A stretch of 64,000 nt of DNA from the human T2T-CHM13v2.0 reference genome, Homo sapiens, in the NCBI RefSeq assembly GCF_009914755.1, contig NC_060936.1; one strand, given 5' to 3'. The notes under the pieces were generated by a model. That model searched no databases. It was not told the DNA's origin and saw only the letters and a list, made by a program, of their open reading frames with translations. Made by a program: the position numbers and the translations under genes. Below, in pieces: positions 29,419 through 52,753 of this stretch. The stretch's first letter is position 1. Each line of letters starts with the position of its first letter.

Positions 29419-30334
29419 GTAAGTCTCGCGTCTGCCCTACCTGCCCTGTCGCATTTTTAAGTGGTGATTCAGGCTGTGGCTTTTGAGGGTGTTTTGCACT
29501 GTAATACCTCGGTCGTAGCAAAGTGCCGTGGGACCGAGGTATTATGGTGCAGTGACTTGACGCTCGAGCCTGGTTGGGCCTGGGGGCTGTAGGCGGAGTT
29601 CACAGTATCTAGCGATGGAGCTGGTAGGTCCTGAGGGTTCGTCTGCAGCTTGGAAGACAGGCCCGTAGAGGCCTGCTTAACTTCCATTAGTTAGGCAGGA
29701 AACCTGGGTTCTAGTCCCACTATGTACACGGACTCCAATTCCTCAACTTTCTCCTACTCCTGATTAGTTACAGCCTCCCAAGGAACCTTTGGGACTTGCA
29801 CTCGAACACTGATAATGATGTTGAGTGCAATTTTTAAATTGAGCACCTACTAAATGCCTGGCACTAGGTGGGTTATGTACTTGTTTCACTAACGTCTCAT
29901 TCTGTGAGGTAGGAATTCCCTTCCTGGTTTTGCAGGTGAAGAAACTTATGCTCATTAGAGATTTTAAATACCGAAGGACTACAGGTCATAAAGGGGGAGC
30001 CTGGAAGTGATATCTGACTCGGAAGTGTAGTTCTTTCAACCATTTCACACTGCCTGCCCAGTGACAATTTTCTGTCTCACAGTTTTTGCTCTAGAGCAAC
30101 TTGGAATCCAATTTTTTAAAAACAAGTGTTATCGCTGCTGCCTTTGGCTACTGTTTTTTTGTATAGTGCAGCCTGCCATTCAGAGTGCTTGCATATTTAT
30201 TGTCTCATTGACTTCTCACAAGGGACTGGAAGGCAAGTATTTCTGTGTGATGATGCCTCCACCTAGGAACCACGTGTAAGGCTTATGGCATAGGCTCCCA
30301 CAGCCAGCTAGCTACAGGAAGAGCTGGGACTAGA

Positions 30335-30640
30335 CCAGGGGTTGGCAAACTGGCTGTGCTGCCTGTTTTTGTGCAGCCAGCTCCTGAGCTAAGAAGGAGT
30401 GTTACGTGTTTATATGGTTGGGGGAAAAAATGAAAAGAATAATGTTTTGTGATGTGTAAAAATTACATGAAATTCAAATTTCAGTGTCCATAAAAAAAGT
30501 TTTATTGGAGCACAGCTATACTCATTTGTTTGTTTATGTATGTCCATGGCTATTTTCACACTAGAAGGTCAAAGTGAGTAGTTGTGCATGCCTCAAATAT
30601 TTACTGTTTGTTCCTTTAGAAAAAATTAGCTGATCCCTGA
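30335..30640. mobile_element. MER58-type hAT DNA transposon remnant
   Basis: Begins CAGGGGTTGGCAAACT, ends AATTAGCTGATCCCTG (degenerate terminal inverted repeats). Confidence 0.7.
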
Positions 30641-30644
30641 ATGA

Positions 30645-30968
<324 letters not shown>

Positions 30969-33020
30969 AATGCTCTTTTACTTTTAACTCAAAACAACTT
31001 AGAAACTCATAATGCATGATAATAGCTAATGTGCTTTTATACATGCCAGGCACTGTTCTAAAAGCTTTACTTGTGTTTATGTCGTTGACTTGTCATAAAA
31101 CCCTATGGGATAGGGTTTTCATTTTCATTATGAGGAAGCTGAGGCAGGGAAAGGTGATGTAACTTGGCCAAGATCTCGCAGCCAGTAAGTGGTGGAGCCA
31201 CATTTCAGAATGGCCTAATTCCCAAGTGAGTCTTCATTCATAGCAATCAAATCTCATAATACTACCTTTAAATAATACCAGTAAGTAATTTACTCCTAAA
31301 AATGTATTTCAGGCAAAGTGACCATGTCACTGAAGCTGACAGTTCTTCACTTTCTTTTTTCTTTCAAGAGATGAGGGTGATTTTTTGAAGAGAAATACAA
31401 TTCTTAGCTATTTACTAGGATTTGCATTTATGTAAATAATTAATCTCTAATCTTCTACCTGTATCTTTAAGTTGCATCATAGATTGTGTCTATAATTTAA
31501 TTATATTGCAAGTGGCATGTATCTTTGCTCTTGATTATACAAACCAAAGTAAACATCTAGGATTCTGTTTATGCCACATAAAAATAGAAGAAAAGGATAG
31601 CAGAAGGAGTCAGGAAATGGAATAAGTACAGGAAAATACCCAAAATAAGATGATGGGCATGTGAGTATGTTGAGACTTGAGTACTTAAAGTAGGAAAAAA
31701 ACTTTTAGCAGGCATGTCTGTAAACTCAGAGAAAGGAATTGGATGCCTTATATAGTCTTGGGTATATGAAACATTGGCACTACCTCAAATTATTTTGAAA
31801 GGCTTTTGTGTGCATCAGGAGAAGTTACTTAACATGATGCTTTAAGAACACAGCTTATAGAGTTAGACATATTAAGTTTATGCTGTTTGTCCACTTACAA
31901 GCTGAGTGACGTGGAGGTTATTAGGTAAAATAAGGATAATAACAGACCTGTCTTATTGGACACTTATGACAATCGAGTGAGGTAATCAATATTAAGCTTT
32001 TGAAAAGTATCTCCACCAAGTTAGCTCCTAAATATTAGTTATTTTATTGGTTATGTAGTACGGTGTAACAAACCATTTCAAAAGTTAAGGTTTTAAAATA
32101 ACCATTTCCTTCTGATTCTGTGGATCAGCAGTTTGGGTGGGACACTGCTTGGTGATACTCTAGTGGTCATACAGGACACAATTCCTCCTGTTGTAATAGG
32201 TGGTGACAACACATGTGAAATGTCTACCAGGGAAGCTTATTAGAGACTTAATGCCCAGGGTTTTTATTGGGGGCTAAATGCAAAGGCATCCACTGTCTGA
32301 CATGTACCAAAATTCCAGACTCGCAAGTGTTTAGCATAAACTATATTGTTTGTATGAACAGTTTAGCACAGTGAACCACTCTTACTGGAAACACTCCTGA
32401 AATCTAAGCTCCCAAACTGGACTCCAGCTTCAAAGGAGAGCATTCAGGCCTATTGTATTAGTACTTCTGCACACACCACTTAAGGCCTAAGCTCAGAACT
32501 CCCACAGCGTCATTCTTGCCACATTCTATTGGTTAAATCAAGTCACAAGCCTGGTCCAGATTCAAAAGGGTAGAAAAATAGGCCACCTCTTTTGGGACAA
32601 CGTAGGATGGGAGGAAATTGGCTTTTTAGGTTTTTTTTTTTTTTTCCCAATTTATCAGACTTATTACCTATCTCAAAACAAATATATATATTTAAATACA
32701 GCTTTAATTAGGTATATTTGTAATTATAAGTTTGCAGTAAATTTGCATGTCTGTTTTTGTGTGAATTTTCAGAATTGAAGGCTACATTTTGTTCTTTCAG
32801 AAGGTTTGGCTTAAGAAACCAAAGGGGAGGGAAATATGATTGCGCAGAAATTGTATTATTTTGTTTTCCTAAATTTAATTAAAAGCAATCTTGGTAAATA
32901 TGAAATGACCTCTCATTCACTATATGTTTTTCTCTATCTGTGCTTGCCTATACATGTTAAATGTTAATTTCAGGTTAACATAAGATACTTTAACTTTGTA
33001 TTCTGTCCTACTTTAAGATA

Positions 33021-33173
33021 ATGGCTGTGTTTAATCAGAAGTCTGTCTCGGATATGATTAAAGAGTTTCGAAAAAATTGGCGTGCTCTTTGTAACTCTGA
33101 GAGAACTACTCTATGTGGTGCAGACTCCATGCTCTTGGCATTGCAGCTTTCTATGGCGGAGAACAACAAACAG
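33021..33173 (+). CDS. PARPBP: PARPBP (PARI, C12orf48) first coding exon, aa 1-51
   Basis: Acceptor ctactttaag| at 33017/33018, ATG 3 nt later (ataATGG). Translates [51 protein letters not shown]; donor CAG|GTTGGT; phase 0. Confidence 0.95.
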
Positions 33174-35636
33174 GTTGGTAAACTATATTTGGGTTAACTT
33201 GTTTTTTTAAAGCAAAATTTCATTGCTGCCCATTTGAATAAACTTAAGCTTAAGAATATTAATTTCTTTACATTATGTGCCCTTCTGTGATAATACACCA
33301 TTTTCACAAATGCCTCTGTGTATCTGTGTCAGAATGTTATGATAGAATTTGAAATGAATTATTTCAAAATTAAGCTCTTATGTATGGTTATACACGGGAC
33401 ATGCATATTTGATGTTTAATAGGAAGATTTAGGATAAACATGTAACTATTATTATTGTGGTCAAATTATTTTTATTTAATAAGACTTTTTTCATTCCCTA
33501 AACTTTTAAAAACTACTGGCTCTTGTACCCCAATCCTGGAAATTCTTCCAATCTGCACCGGGATACTGGAAACTGCCTTTAAAAAATTTCCACAAAGTGA
33601 TTCTTACTTAGGTAGCTTGAGCCAAACTAGCGTTTGGATTTAAGCCGTAGATTAAGGGTTAGAGGTGTTCAGATGAGAGAAGGATGAATGTAGGATAGAG
33701 TGGTAAGGAAAGGCTTTGTGATATTAGATAGATTTTAGATAAAGGAAGAGAAGGCTGTAGAGGAGGTATGATGAGGAAAGTCAGTTCAGAAGAAGGGTTC
33801 AGGGGAATCAAAGTCATGGTATGAACTTGGCAAAGATACTGGCTTGACTAGAGAAGAGGATTTTTGAAGGGTAGAATTAGCTTCAATGGGTCTGTTGGGC
33901 TAGATATTGAAATGACATTCTGATGAGTTATTTTAATTTTATATGTCAGTAGTTTCCAGATTTTTAGATTCCATAGACAGTAAAATTTCTAAAAAATTAT
34001 TAGACACTGACAGATTTTAACCATTTCTCATTTTTGCAAATAAGGCCATTGAGAAAAAATAGTTACTATATACTATGATCATCATTTTGAAAAAGGAAGA
34101 ATATTTTAACACTTAAAAATTAAAAAGTATAAAATCTTAAAACAGGGATAGTGTTTTCTACCTGTGAATAGTTGGCAGTTTTGCATATTTTAAACAATGC
34201 ATGTTAAGATAAATTTTGAATCTCGAAAACAATGACAAAATGTTATTTTATTTTATGTAGTCAGTCATTTTTTGAACAAATATTGAGTTTTTACTGTGTG
34301 TTAGACATCATTGTAAAAATTGGGAATACAGTAATGAAAGAAGTCACTTCTTATGGAGTGAACCTTCTAGGGAGAGATAGCTAGTACTGTAAGATATTTA
34401 GTCTTTTAGGACATAATAAATGCTATTAATAATAGTGTTATTAATATGTACATAATAAACATACAGAAAACAATAAAACATGCGACTAAGGAATATGCAG
34501 ATTTTGGGGTGAAAGGGTTGTTGGAATTTGAAATAGGGTGGTCAGGGAAGGCCTCACCTGGAAAGTACCATTTGAGCAAAGATTTGAAACAGGGGAGGGC
34601 ATTAGCCATGGGGATTTTTATGGGAAGGGACTACCGCAGGCAAAGGGAGGAGCAGGTGTAGTGGCCCTGAGGTGGCTCTATGCCTGGATGTTCCAGGAAC
34701 AGTAAAAAGGCCAATACAGCTGTCTGAATAAATGTTAATCTCCTTCCCTCCACTAATTACTTTTTTCTCTTTTTCTATTTTTGAGCTTCTACTATAAGCC
34801 AGGCATTGTGATATATGTTGGGGTTAAAACGGTGAGCAAAACTAGACTTGACTCCTGCCATCATGAAACATATTACCTAGTAGATAAGGCAGACATTATG
34901 TAGAGGATCATACAAATACATGTAAACTAATAGCCATAAGAAGAATATGATGCTCAGACACCAGATAATTGACTTCGTCAAAGAGATCAAGCTGAGCCCC
35001 TCAGTTGTACTCTTTGGTCTAGAGGCTCTTTTTTACCCTCTCCAGGGAATGAACCTTCAATTTTTTGCCAAGTTAGATGATTATTCTCCCCTACCTCAAC
35101 AGAAATTAATTATTAGGCAAAAATCAAAGCAAAGATTACCCAGAGAGATAAGCACAATACTGGAATAACTTCTAGAATCACTTCATTGGCAAATCTCTTC
35201 ACCAATGCCTTCCACTGGGCAGATTGTTTTTCTAGGAGACATATTAAGAGTGTTGCCTTTCAAAGGCTTTGGCTTTATGTGGCGGGGTGAGCAGAAAGGG
35301 TTCCTGATTCAGCTTTCTACCTTTTTTTTGGACTCTCCTTTGTCTTTCAAAATTTGCGCTCAGGGTTTATAAAAACTAGGTTCTAGAGTGCCAGGGAGTA
35401 GTAGATGCCTTGAAACAAACACAAGCCCCACCTTTTGCTTACCCTTGTATATTGGCACTTTCTCTTTGTTTTTGACCTTTTGTAGTTTCTCTTTTATAGA
35501 CTATTTAGTCATGCTTTAAAAAAGTTTTTCTATTTTCTACTGTAGTTTTAGGTGTTCTGTACCAGGAAGTTTTTCTGCAAATCAAGTTAGCCATATTGCA
35601 CTGTTGGTGTGTCTGTTTTAAAGTTGTAACAGATGG

Positions 35637-35930
<294 letters not shown>

Positions 35931-36244
35931 TTATAACAGTATCAGCTCTTTCTGTATCTTGTTTTTTTCCATCCAACATTATTTTCAAGATCTTTTCAGG
36001 TAGTGATAGACAGAAAAGTTAATCTAATTTATTCATTTTATCACTCTCACATGTTCCTTTAATATGACTGCCATATTCTATTTATTGGTGGATCTTTAGA
36101 CTGAAGTTCTTTTGTGTTATGAATAGTTTTGCCTTGAAATGAAATGTTTGCACTGAGCAAGAGGTTTTTTAGGTTCCTTATTTAAGTAGTTACATGATAG
36201 ACACATTTTTATCTTACACGTGGCAGTCAGAATTTACATTTATG

Positions 36245-36546
36245 GGCTAGACACACTGACTCATACCTGTAATTGCAGCACTCTGAGAGTCCATGATGGG
36301 CAGATCACTTAAGCCCAGAAGTTCAAGACCAGCCTGGGCAACATGGCGAAACCTCGTCTCTACAAAAAAATACAAAAATTAGCTGGGTGTGGTGGAGTGT
36401 GCCTGTAGTCTCAGCTACTTGGGAGACTGAGGTGAGATCACTTGAGTCTGGGAGGTTGAGGCTTGCTGTGAGCCAAGATCACTCCAGTGCACTCTAGCCT
36501 GGGCAACAAAACGAGAACCTATCTCAAAAAAAGAAAAAAAAAAAAG
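36245..36546 (+). mobile_element. Alu (J-type)
   Basis: Alu consensus; TSD TTACATTTATG. Confidence 0.92.
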
Positions 36547-37371
36547 AAATTACATTTATGTCATCAATGGAAGAGAGTGCCATTTTTTTATCCCTCTTTC
36601 CATATTAGATGTCAGAGTTTATTAGAAAAGATTAAAAAATGGTATTTCATTTTATTTTTTTGGACAGCTACCATGTTTAAAAATTTGTTTAAATGCTTAT
36701 TTGATCATTTGGTATCTTTCTTTTTCATAGTAGATTCATTTTTAATAATGAAATAAACTAGAAATATTCTACATGTATATGACCTGGAGGTTGGTTCTAT
36801 ATAGCATTGTAAACCACCAGTAGAATAGTGTGCAATAATTAAATAGCTTGGGTACATGTACATTTATTGACATGGAAAAATATTCAAAATATATTGTTAA
36901 TAAAACAGAGCAGTTTGTATTATGGCTAAGAGTAAATGCTAGGGAGTCAGTTGGCTTGGGTTCACAGCCTAATTCAGCCTTTTGACTGAGTGGCCTTAGA
37001 CAAATCACTTAATTTTTAAAAAAAATTAGTTTTTTAAATTGACAAAAAATTGTATTTATTTATCATGTACAATATATTTTGAAATATGTATACATTGTGA
37101 AATGGCTTAACTGAGCAAATTAATATGCATTACCTCACATTCTTAACATTTTTGTGGTGATAACAATTAAAATGTATTCTCTGAACAGTTTTCAAGGATA
37201 CAACAGTGTTATTAACTAGCAACACCATGTTGTACAATAGATCTCTTGAAATTATTCCTCCTAACAGAAACTGTATATACTTTGATGAGTATCTCCCCAT
37301 CCACCCCACCCACTGTGTCCCCACATCCCCTAGTAACCATCATTGTCTTTCTACTTCTATAAGTTCACCTC

Positions 37372-37662
<291 letters not shown>

Positions 37663-39704
37663 TGTAAGTTCAACTTTTTAACACACCACTTGTAAGTGAG
37701 ATTATGTGGTGTTTGTCTTTCTATGCCTGTCTTACTTTCCTTAATATAATGTTTTCCAGGTACATCCATGTTGTTACAAATGACAGGATTTCTCTCTTTT
37801 ATGGGGCTGAATAGCATTCCATTGTGTATATATACCACATTTTCTATCCATTCATCCATTGATGGATACTTAGGTTGATTCCATATCTTGGCTATTGTGA
37901 ACAATGCAGCAATGGCCATAGGAGTCCTGATCTCTCTTCACTACTGATTTCATTTCCTTTGGATATATACCCAGTATTGGGATTGCAGGATCATATGGTA
38001 GTTTTATTTTTTGAGAAACTTTCATACTGTAATGCTTATACTAATTACATTTCCACCAACAGTATACAAAGGATTCCCTTTTCTTCACATTTTTTTTTAA
38101 CACTTTTATCTTTTCAATAATGGCCATTCTAACAGGTCATAATTTATTTTGGTTTCCATTTGCATTTTTCTGATGATTAGTAATGTTGAGCATTTTTTAT
38201 ATACCTCTTGGCAATTTGTGTGTCTTCTTTTTGGAAATGTCTATTCAGATCCTTTGTCCAATTCTTAAAAAACGATTATTTTTAAAATTCATTTTATTAT
38301 TTAGAGACAGAGTCTCAATATGTTGCCCAGGCTGTACTTGGACTCCTAGGCTCAAGAATTCTCCTGCCTCAACCTCTGAAGTAATTGAGACTGTGGGCAT
38401 ACGCCACTGCATCCTGCTCTTTTGCCCATTTTTTTTTTAATGGGGTTGTTTTCTTATTGAGTTTCTTATATATTTTGGATATTAACCTTTTATCTGATAC
38501 ATGATTTGGATATATTTTCTCCCATTCCATAGGTTGTCTCTTCACTCTGCTGATTGTTTCCTTGGCTGTGCAGAAAGTTTTTAGTTTGATATAATCCCAT
38601 TCATGTATTTTTGCTTTTGTTTTCTGTGCTTCTGGGTTTATGTCCAAAAAACCATTCCCCAGACCAATGTCATGGAGTTTTTCCTCTGTTTTTTTCTAGG
38701 ACTTTTGCAGTTTCAAATGTTAAATTTAAGCCTTTAATACATTTTGATATTCATTCTTCTAGCCAATGAGCCTGGAATGTTTTTCCATTTGTTTGTACCT
38801 TCTCTGATTTCTTTGAGCAGTGTTTTGTAGTTTTCATTGTAGAGATCTTTCACCTCCCTGGTTGACTGTATTTCCAGGTATTTTATTCTTTTTATGGCAA
38901 TTGTGAATGAGGTTGCATTCCTGATTTGCCTCTAGACTTGACTACTGCCCAAAGCAATTTATATATTTAATGCTAATCCTGTCAAACTTCCAGTGACATT
39001 CTTTGCAGAGCTAGAAAAAGCTCTTTTAAAATTCCTATGGAACCCAAAAAGACCCCAAATAGCTAAGGCTATCCTAAGCAAAAAGAAGAAAGCAGGTGGT
39101 ATCATGCTACCTGACTTCAAACTGTATTAAAGGGCTACAGTAACCAAAACAGCATGGTATTGGTAGAAAAACAGACACATAGACCAATGGAACAGAATAC
39201 AGAGCCCAGAAATAAGACCACACACCAACAACCATCTGATCTTCAACAAAGCTGATGAAAACAAGCAATGGGGAAAGGATTCCCTATTCAATAAATAGTG
39301 CTGGGATAACTGGCTAACCATGTGCAGAAGATTGAAACCGGACCTCTTCCTTAAACTACATACAAAAATCAACTCAAGATGAGGGACTTACATATAAAAC
39401 CCAAAACTGGAAAAACCCTGGAAGACAACCTAGGCAATACCATTCTGGACACAGGCATGGGCAACGATTTCATGATGAAGATGCCAAAAGCAATTGCAAC
39501 AAAAGCAAAAATTGACAAATGGGATCTAATTAAACTAGAGAGCTTCTACACAGCAAACAAAACTATCAACAGAGTAAACAGACAACCTACAGCATAGGAG
39601 AAAATTTTTGCAAACTATACATCTGACAAAGGTCTGATATCTAGTATCTATAAAGAACTTAGACAGATTTACAAGAAAAAATCCCATTAAGAAGTAGGCA
39701 AAAA

Positions 39705-40011
<307 letters not shown>

Positions 40012-40167
40012 GAAGTGGGTAAAGGACATGAACAGACACTTTTCAAAAGAAGACATACATGTGGCCAACAAGCATATGAAAAAAAGCTCAACATCACTGA
40101 TCATTAAAAATTGCAAGTCAAAACCACAATAAGATATCATCTCACACCAGCAGAATGGCTATAATTA

Positions 40168-40677
<510 letters not shown>

Positions 40678-41055
40678 TTATTGCAGTGCTATTGACAGAA
40701 GCAAAGATTTGGAATCAACCTAAATGGCCATTAATGATAGACTGGATAAAGAAAATGTGGTACATATACATCATGGAATACTCTACAGCCGTAAAAAAGA
40801 ACGAGATCATGTCCTTTGCAGGAAAAGGAACTAGAGACCATTATCCTTAGCAAACTAATGCAGGAACAGAAAACCAGATACCACATGTTCTCACTTATAA
40901 GTGGGAGCTAAATGATGAGAACAAATGGACACATAGAGGGAAATAACAGGTACTGGGGCCTACTGAAGGGTGACGGGTGGGAGGAGGGAGAGGATCAGGA
41001 AGAATAACTAATGGGCACTTGGCTTAATACCGGGGTGACAAAATAATCTGTACAG

Positions 41056-41389
<334 letters not shown>

Positions 41390-43814
41390 TTACCTGTGTA
41401 ACAAACCTGCACATATACCCCTGAACTTAAAAGTTCAAAAGAAAAAAATCCATTTTGAGTTGATTTTTGTAAAAGGGATAAGGGTCTAATTTCATTTTTC
41501 TGCAGGTAGATACCCAGTTGTCCAACATTTATTGATTAGACTGTTCTTTCCCCATTAGGTGTTTTTTGTATCTTTTTTCAAAACCAATTGCCTGTAAATT
41601 TGTGGATATATATCTTGGTTCTCAATTCTGTTCCACTGGTCTATCCGTATGTTTTTATGCTAGTACTATGCTATTTGGATTACCATAGTTTTGTAGTATA
41701 GTTTGAAGTTAGGTAGTGTGATGCCTCCAGCTTTGTTCATTTTGCTCAAGATTGTTTTTGCTGTTTGGGGTCTGTTGTAGTTCCATATAAATTTTAAAAT
41801 TGTTTTTTCTATTTCTGTCAAAAATGGCACTGGAATTTTGATAGGAATAGCATTGAATCTGTATATTGCTTTGGATAATATGGACATTTTAACAATATTA
41901 ATTCTTCCAGTTCATCAATATGGGATAACTTTCCGTATACTTGTGTCTTCTTTAATTTCTTTTATCCATGTTTTATAGTTTTCAGTGTGCAGATCTTTCA
42001 TCTTCTTGGTTAAATTTATTTGTAAAAATTTTTTGTTTTTATAGCTATTGTAAATGGGATTGTTTTCTGGATTACTTTTTCAGATTGTTTTTAGTGCATT
42101 GAAATGATACTGATTTTTGTATTTTGATTTTTGTATCTTGCCACTTTACACAATTTGTTTATTCTTACAGTTTTTGGTGGCGTCTTTATGGTTTTCTGTA
42201 TATAAGAACATGTTATCTGTAAACAGGAACATTTTCACTTATTTCTTTCCAATTTGGATGCCTTTTGTTTCTTTTTCTTACCTAACCACTCTGGCTACAC
42301 CTTCTAGTACTATGTTGAATAGAAGTGGGAAGAGTGAGCATCCTTGTCTTGTTCCTGATCTTAAAGGGAAATCTTTCAACTTTTTCACTATTGAGTATGA
42401 TGTTAGCTGTGAGTTTGTCATATATGGCCTTTCTCATGTTGAAGTATTTTTTTATATCTAATGTGTTGACAATTATTATAATGAGAGGATATTTAATTTT
42501 GTCAGATGTTTTTTTCTGTGTCTTTAGAGATGATCATAGTGTTTTGTCCTTCATTCTGTTATGTGCCATGTTTTGTTTATAGATTTGCATATGCTGAACC
42601 ATCCCTGGTATGAATCTGACTTTATCATCATGAGTGATCCTTTTAATGTGCTGTTTAATTTGGTTTCCTAGTATTTTGTTGAGGAATTTTGCATATGTGT
42701 TCATTATGGATATTGTCCTCTAATTTTTTTTTTCTTGTAGTGTCCTAGTGTGGCTTTGGAATCCGGGTCATGGTTGTTTCATAAAATGAGTTTGGAAGTA
42801 TTCCCTTTTCATTTTTTTGGAAGAGTTCTTAGTGCATACAGAACATTCGTCAAGATAGATCATATGTTAGCCCACAAAACAAGTCTTAACAAATTTAAGA
42901 AGATTGAAATCATACTGAGTATCTTTTCTGATTACAGTGGTATGAAACTAGAAATCTGTAACAGGAAGAATTTGGAAAATTAACAAACACGTGGAAATTA
43001 ACCAACGGTTCGAAGAAGAAATTAAAAGGAAATTTAAAAAAACCTTAAAAAATATGGAAGTACAACATACCACAACTTATGGGATAGAGCAAAAGCAATT
43101 CTAAGAGGAAAGCTTATAGCAATAAACACCTACATTGAAAGAAAAAAAGATCTTTAATAAACTTAACATTACACCAAAAGAAACTAGGAAAAGAACACAC
43201 TAAGCCCAAACTTAGCAGAAGGAAGAGAATAATAAAGATGAGAGCAGAAATAAATGAAATAGAGACTAAAAAAACAATAGCAAAGATCAATGAAGCTAAG
43301 AGTTGGCTTTTTGAAAAGATAAACAAAATCAACAAACCTTTAGGTAAAAGTAAGAAAAAAGAGAAGCCTCAAAAAAAAAAAAAAAGAAATGAAAAAGGAT
43401 ACATTATAACTAATACCACAGAAATAAAACAGGTCATAAAAGACTACTATGAACAATTTGTATGCCAACAAATTGGATAACCTAGAAGAAATGGATAAAT
43501 TCCTTGACACGTACTATCTACCAAGACTACATCATGAAGAAATAGGAACTCTGAATAGACCAATAAGAAATAAGGACATTGAATCAGTAATAAAAAGTCT
43601 TTTATTAAAGAAAAGCCCAGGACCTGATGGCTTTACTGCTGAATTCTACCAAACATTTAAAGAACTAATACCAATCCTTCTCAAACTCTTCCAAAAGCAT
43701 GCAGAAGGGGGAACACTTTCCAGCTCATTTTATGAAGCCAGTAGGTAAGTATTCTCCTCATAGACTTTCTATTCATATCCTTTTCTTATTTTACTGTTGA
43801 GTTGTTTTTGTCTC

Positions 43815-44110
43815 TTGTTTTTGCTGTGAGACAGGCTCTCACTCTGTCGCCCAGGCTGGAGTGCAGTGGCACAATCATTGTTCACTGCAACCTCGACCTC
43901 CCCAGGCTTAGGTGATTTTTACCTCAGCCTCCCAAGTAGCTGGGACTACAGGTACGTACCACCATGCCCAGCTAATTCTTTTATTTTTTTATAGAGACAG
44001 GGTTTCTCCATGTTGCCCAGGCTGGTCTTGAACTCCTGGGCCCAAGGGATCTGCCTGCCTCGGTCTCCCAAAGTGCTGGGATTACAGGCATGAACCACTA
44101 TGTCTGACCT
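43815..44110 (-). mobile_element. Alu (J-type)
   Basis: Antisense Alu consensus. Confidence 0.9.
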
Positions 44111-44176
44111 CTTTCTTATTTGGAATATTTCTATATGTATTTTAGATATTCTCTTTGTTATAAATTTTGTTGGTAC

Positions 44177-44991
<815 letters not shown>

Positions 44992-45162
44992 GTATCTTCT
45001 AGTTTTACCTACAAGTTTTAGCTTTTCTCCATTTTACCTACTTTCACTGGATGCATTTCCCTTACATTCTTCTACCTGCATTTATGTGAGATACCATTCT
45101 ACTGAGTCTTAAATCCAGTATGATCATCTTTACCTTGATGTCCCTGTACTGTTTCCACATCA

Positions 45163-45186
45163 TTTTTTTTTGAGATGGAGTCTCTC
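45163..45186 (-). mobile_element. Ultra-short Alu 3' stub with TSD
   Basis: Minus strand GAGAGACTCCATCTC + A9, flanked by CCACATCA (45155-45162 and 45187-45194). Confidence 0.75.
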
Positions 45187-46060
45187 CCACATCAATTTTT
45201 AAAATAGAGCACATTGTTTGCTTTTTCAACTGACCTTCCCGTTCATATTCTTAGTCGTATTGGCATGTGCCATTGTTCACTCAGTAACTTAAGCTAGATA
45301 CCCTATTTTTATTTTAATTTATTCTTCTTTGGTAGTGTGAGGAAGTAGTACTAAGGTAAATGATGGATTATGAGAATATTGAATAAATAGACTAGCTAAG
45401 GGTTAAACCTTGGTGACCATACACTGGAAAATAATGAGAGAGGAATTGAGGCAATTTTTCAGAATCAGTATTGTATAGTGATTGGAGGCTGTTATTCTGG
45501 AATCAGACTATATTCAAATCACCTCCTTTCATTTATTTATGACTTACTTTTAAAGAAATAAGTAGATTTTTTCAACAAGCTAAGTGAAATATACCCTGAA
45601 AAACATTTAACCCTCATTGTAAGAATTTTCACATACTGAAATATTCAATCCAAGTCAGTTTTTCTTCAGGATTTGTTTACGTAGCAGTCACTCAGTGTCT
45701 CTTTCTACTTGCTAATTTTCTACTTGCTAATTCACTTAATTCAGTGTGAAAGTTCAGACTCTGGGTGGGAAAGAAGAGGTGAGTTGCAACTGAGATTTTC
45801 ACAGTTCTTGTATGTGTGTGCACATGTGTAGTGGTGTGGTAGGTTGCAGTTCAGTTTTATTTCAACTTTCCACATAAGAGTTAGCTTAGGCATCCTCAAC
45901 TGTGCTCTGACTTCCAAGCAGTATGAAACAACATACCTATATGTCTGCGGGTGCATTCGTGAGTAGCATATAGTAATTAAAAGTAGATAGAGTTGGTTGT
46001 ATATATCCATGACGTATATTTTTTATCCTGTGTTTGAGCTCTATTTAGATTTCTCTTTTG

Positions 46061-46378
46061 GTTTTTGTTTTGTTTTGTGTTTTTTTTGTTTGTTTGTTTG
46101 TTTTTGAGACAGAGTCTCACTCTGTCACCCAGGCTGGAGTGCAGTGGCACAATCTCCGCTCACTGTAAACTCCGCCTCCTGGGTTCATGCCATTCTCTTG
46201 CCTCAGCCTCCTGAGTAGCTGGACTACAGGCACCCACCACCACGCCTAGCTAATTTTTTGTATTTTTAGGAGAGACGGGGTTTCACCATGTTAGCCAGGA
46301 TGGTCTCGATCTCCTGACTTCGTGATCCACCCGCCTCGGCCTCCCAAAGTGCTAAAATTACAGGCGTGAACCACCACG
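46061..46378 (-). mobile_element. Alu (Y/Sc-type)
   Basis: Antisense Alu with a (TTTG)n tail. Confidence 0.93.
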
Positions 46379-46649
46379 TAAGTTTTTAATTCTCTGAAGT
46401 TTGAGAACATGAGTCTTAAAGTATAATTCTTACAGCTGAATTTGACTACAGTAAAACTTTTGAATACCTAGTAGAGTTGTTAGTCTGTCTAATGGCATAT
46501 TTGTTTTTTCTCAACTGTTAAAGTGGGAGAAAAGAAAAGACATATTGAAATACTCTTTAAGTTTTAGGTTTTTAGCATGTTTTTTGAGGGGGAAAATTTT
46601 TTAGCTTGAATTATATAATGCCTCTCTAGCAGTTATATACTGCTAAAGA

Positions 46650-52753
<6,104 letters not shown>

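Larger units (their letters stand above)
28900..29620. promoter_or_regulatory. CpG island / bidirectional promoter of NUP37 and PARPBP
   Basis: Abrupt GC- and CpG-rich stretch in AT-rich surroundings between divergent first exons. Contains an ETS/GABPA-type CCGGAAG (- strand, 29254-29260), an NF-Y CCAAT box AGCCAATCGC (- strand, 29278-29287) and a CHR TTTGAA (29307-29312). Confidence 0.9.

Noticed and set aside
28789-29687. Several overlapping 70-120 aa ORFs around the promoter
   Set aside because: Expected stop-codon depletion in a GC-rich CpG island; no recognisable protein features.
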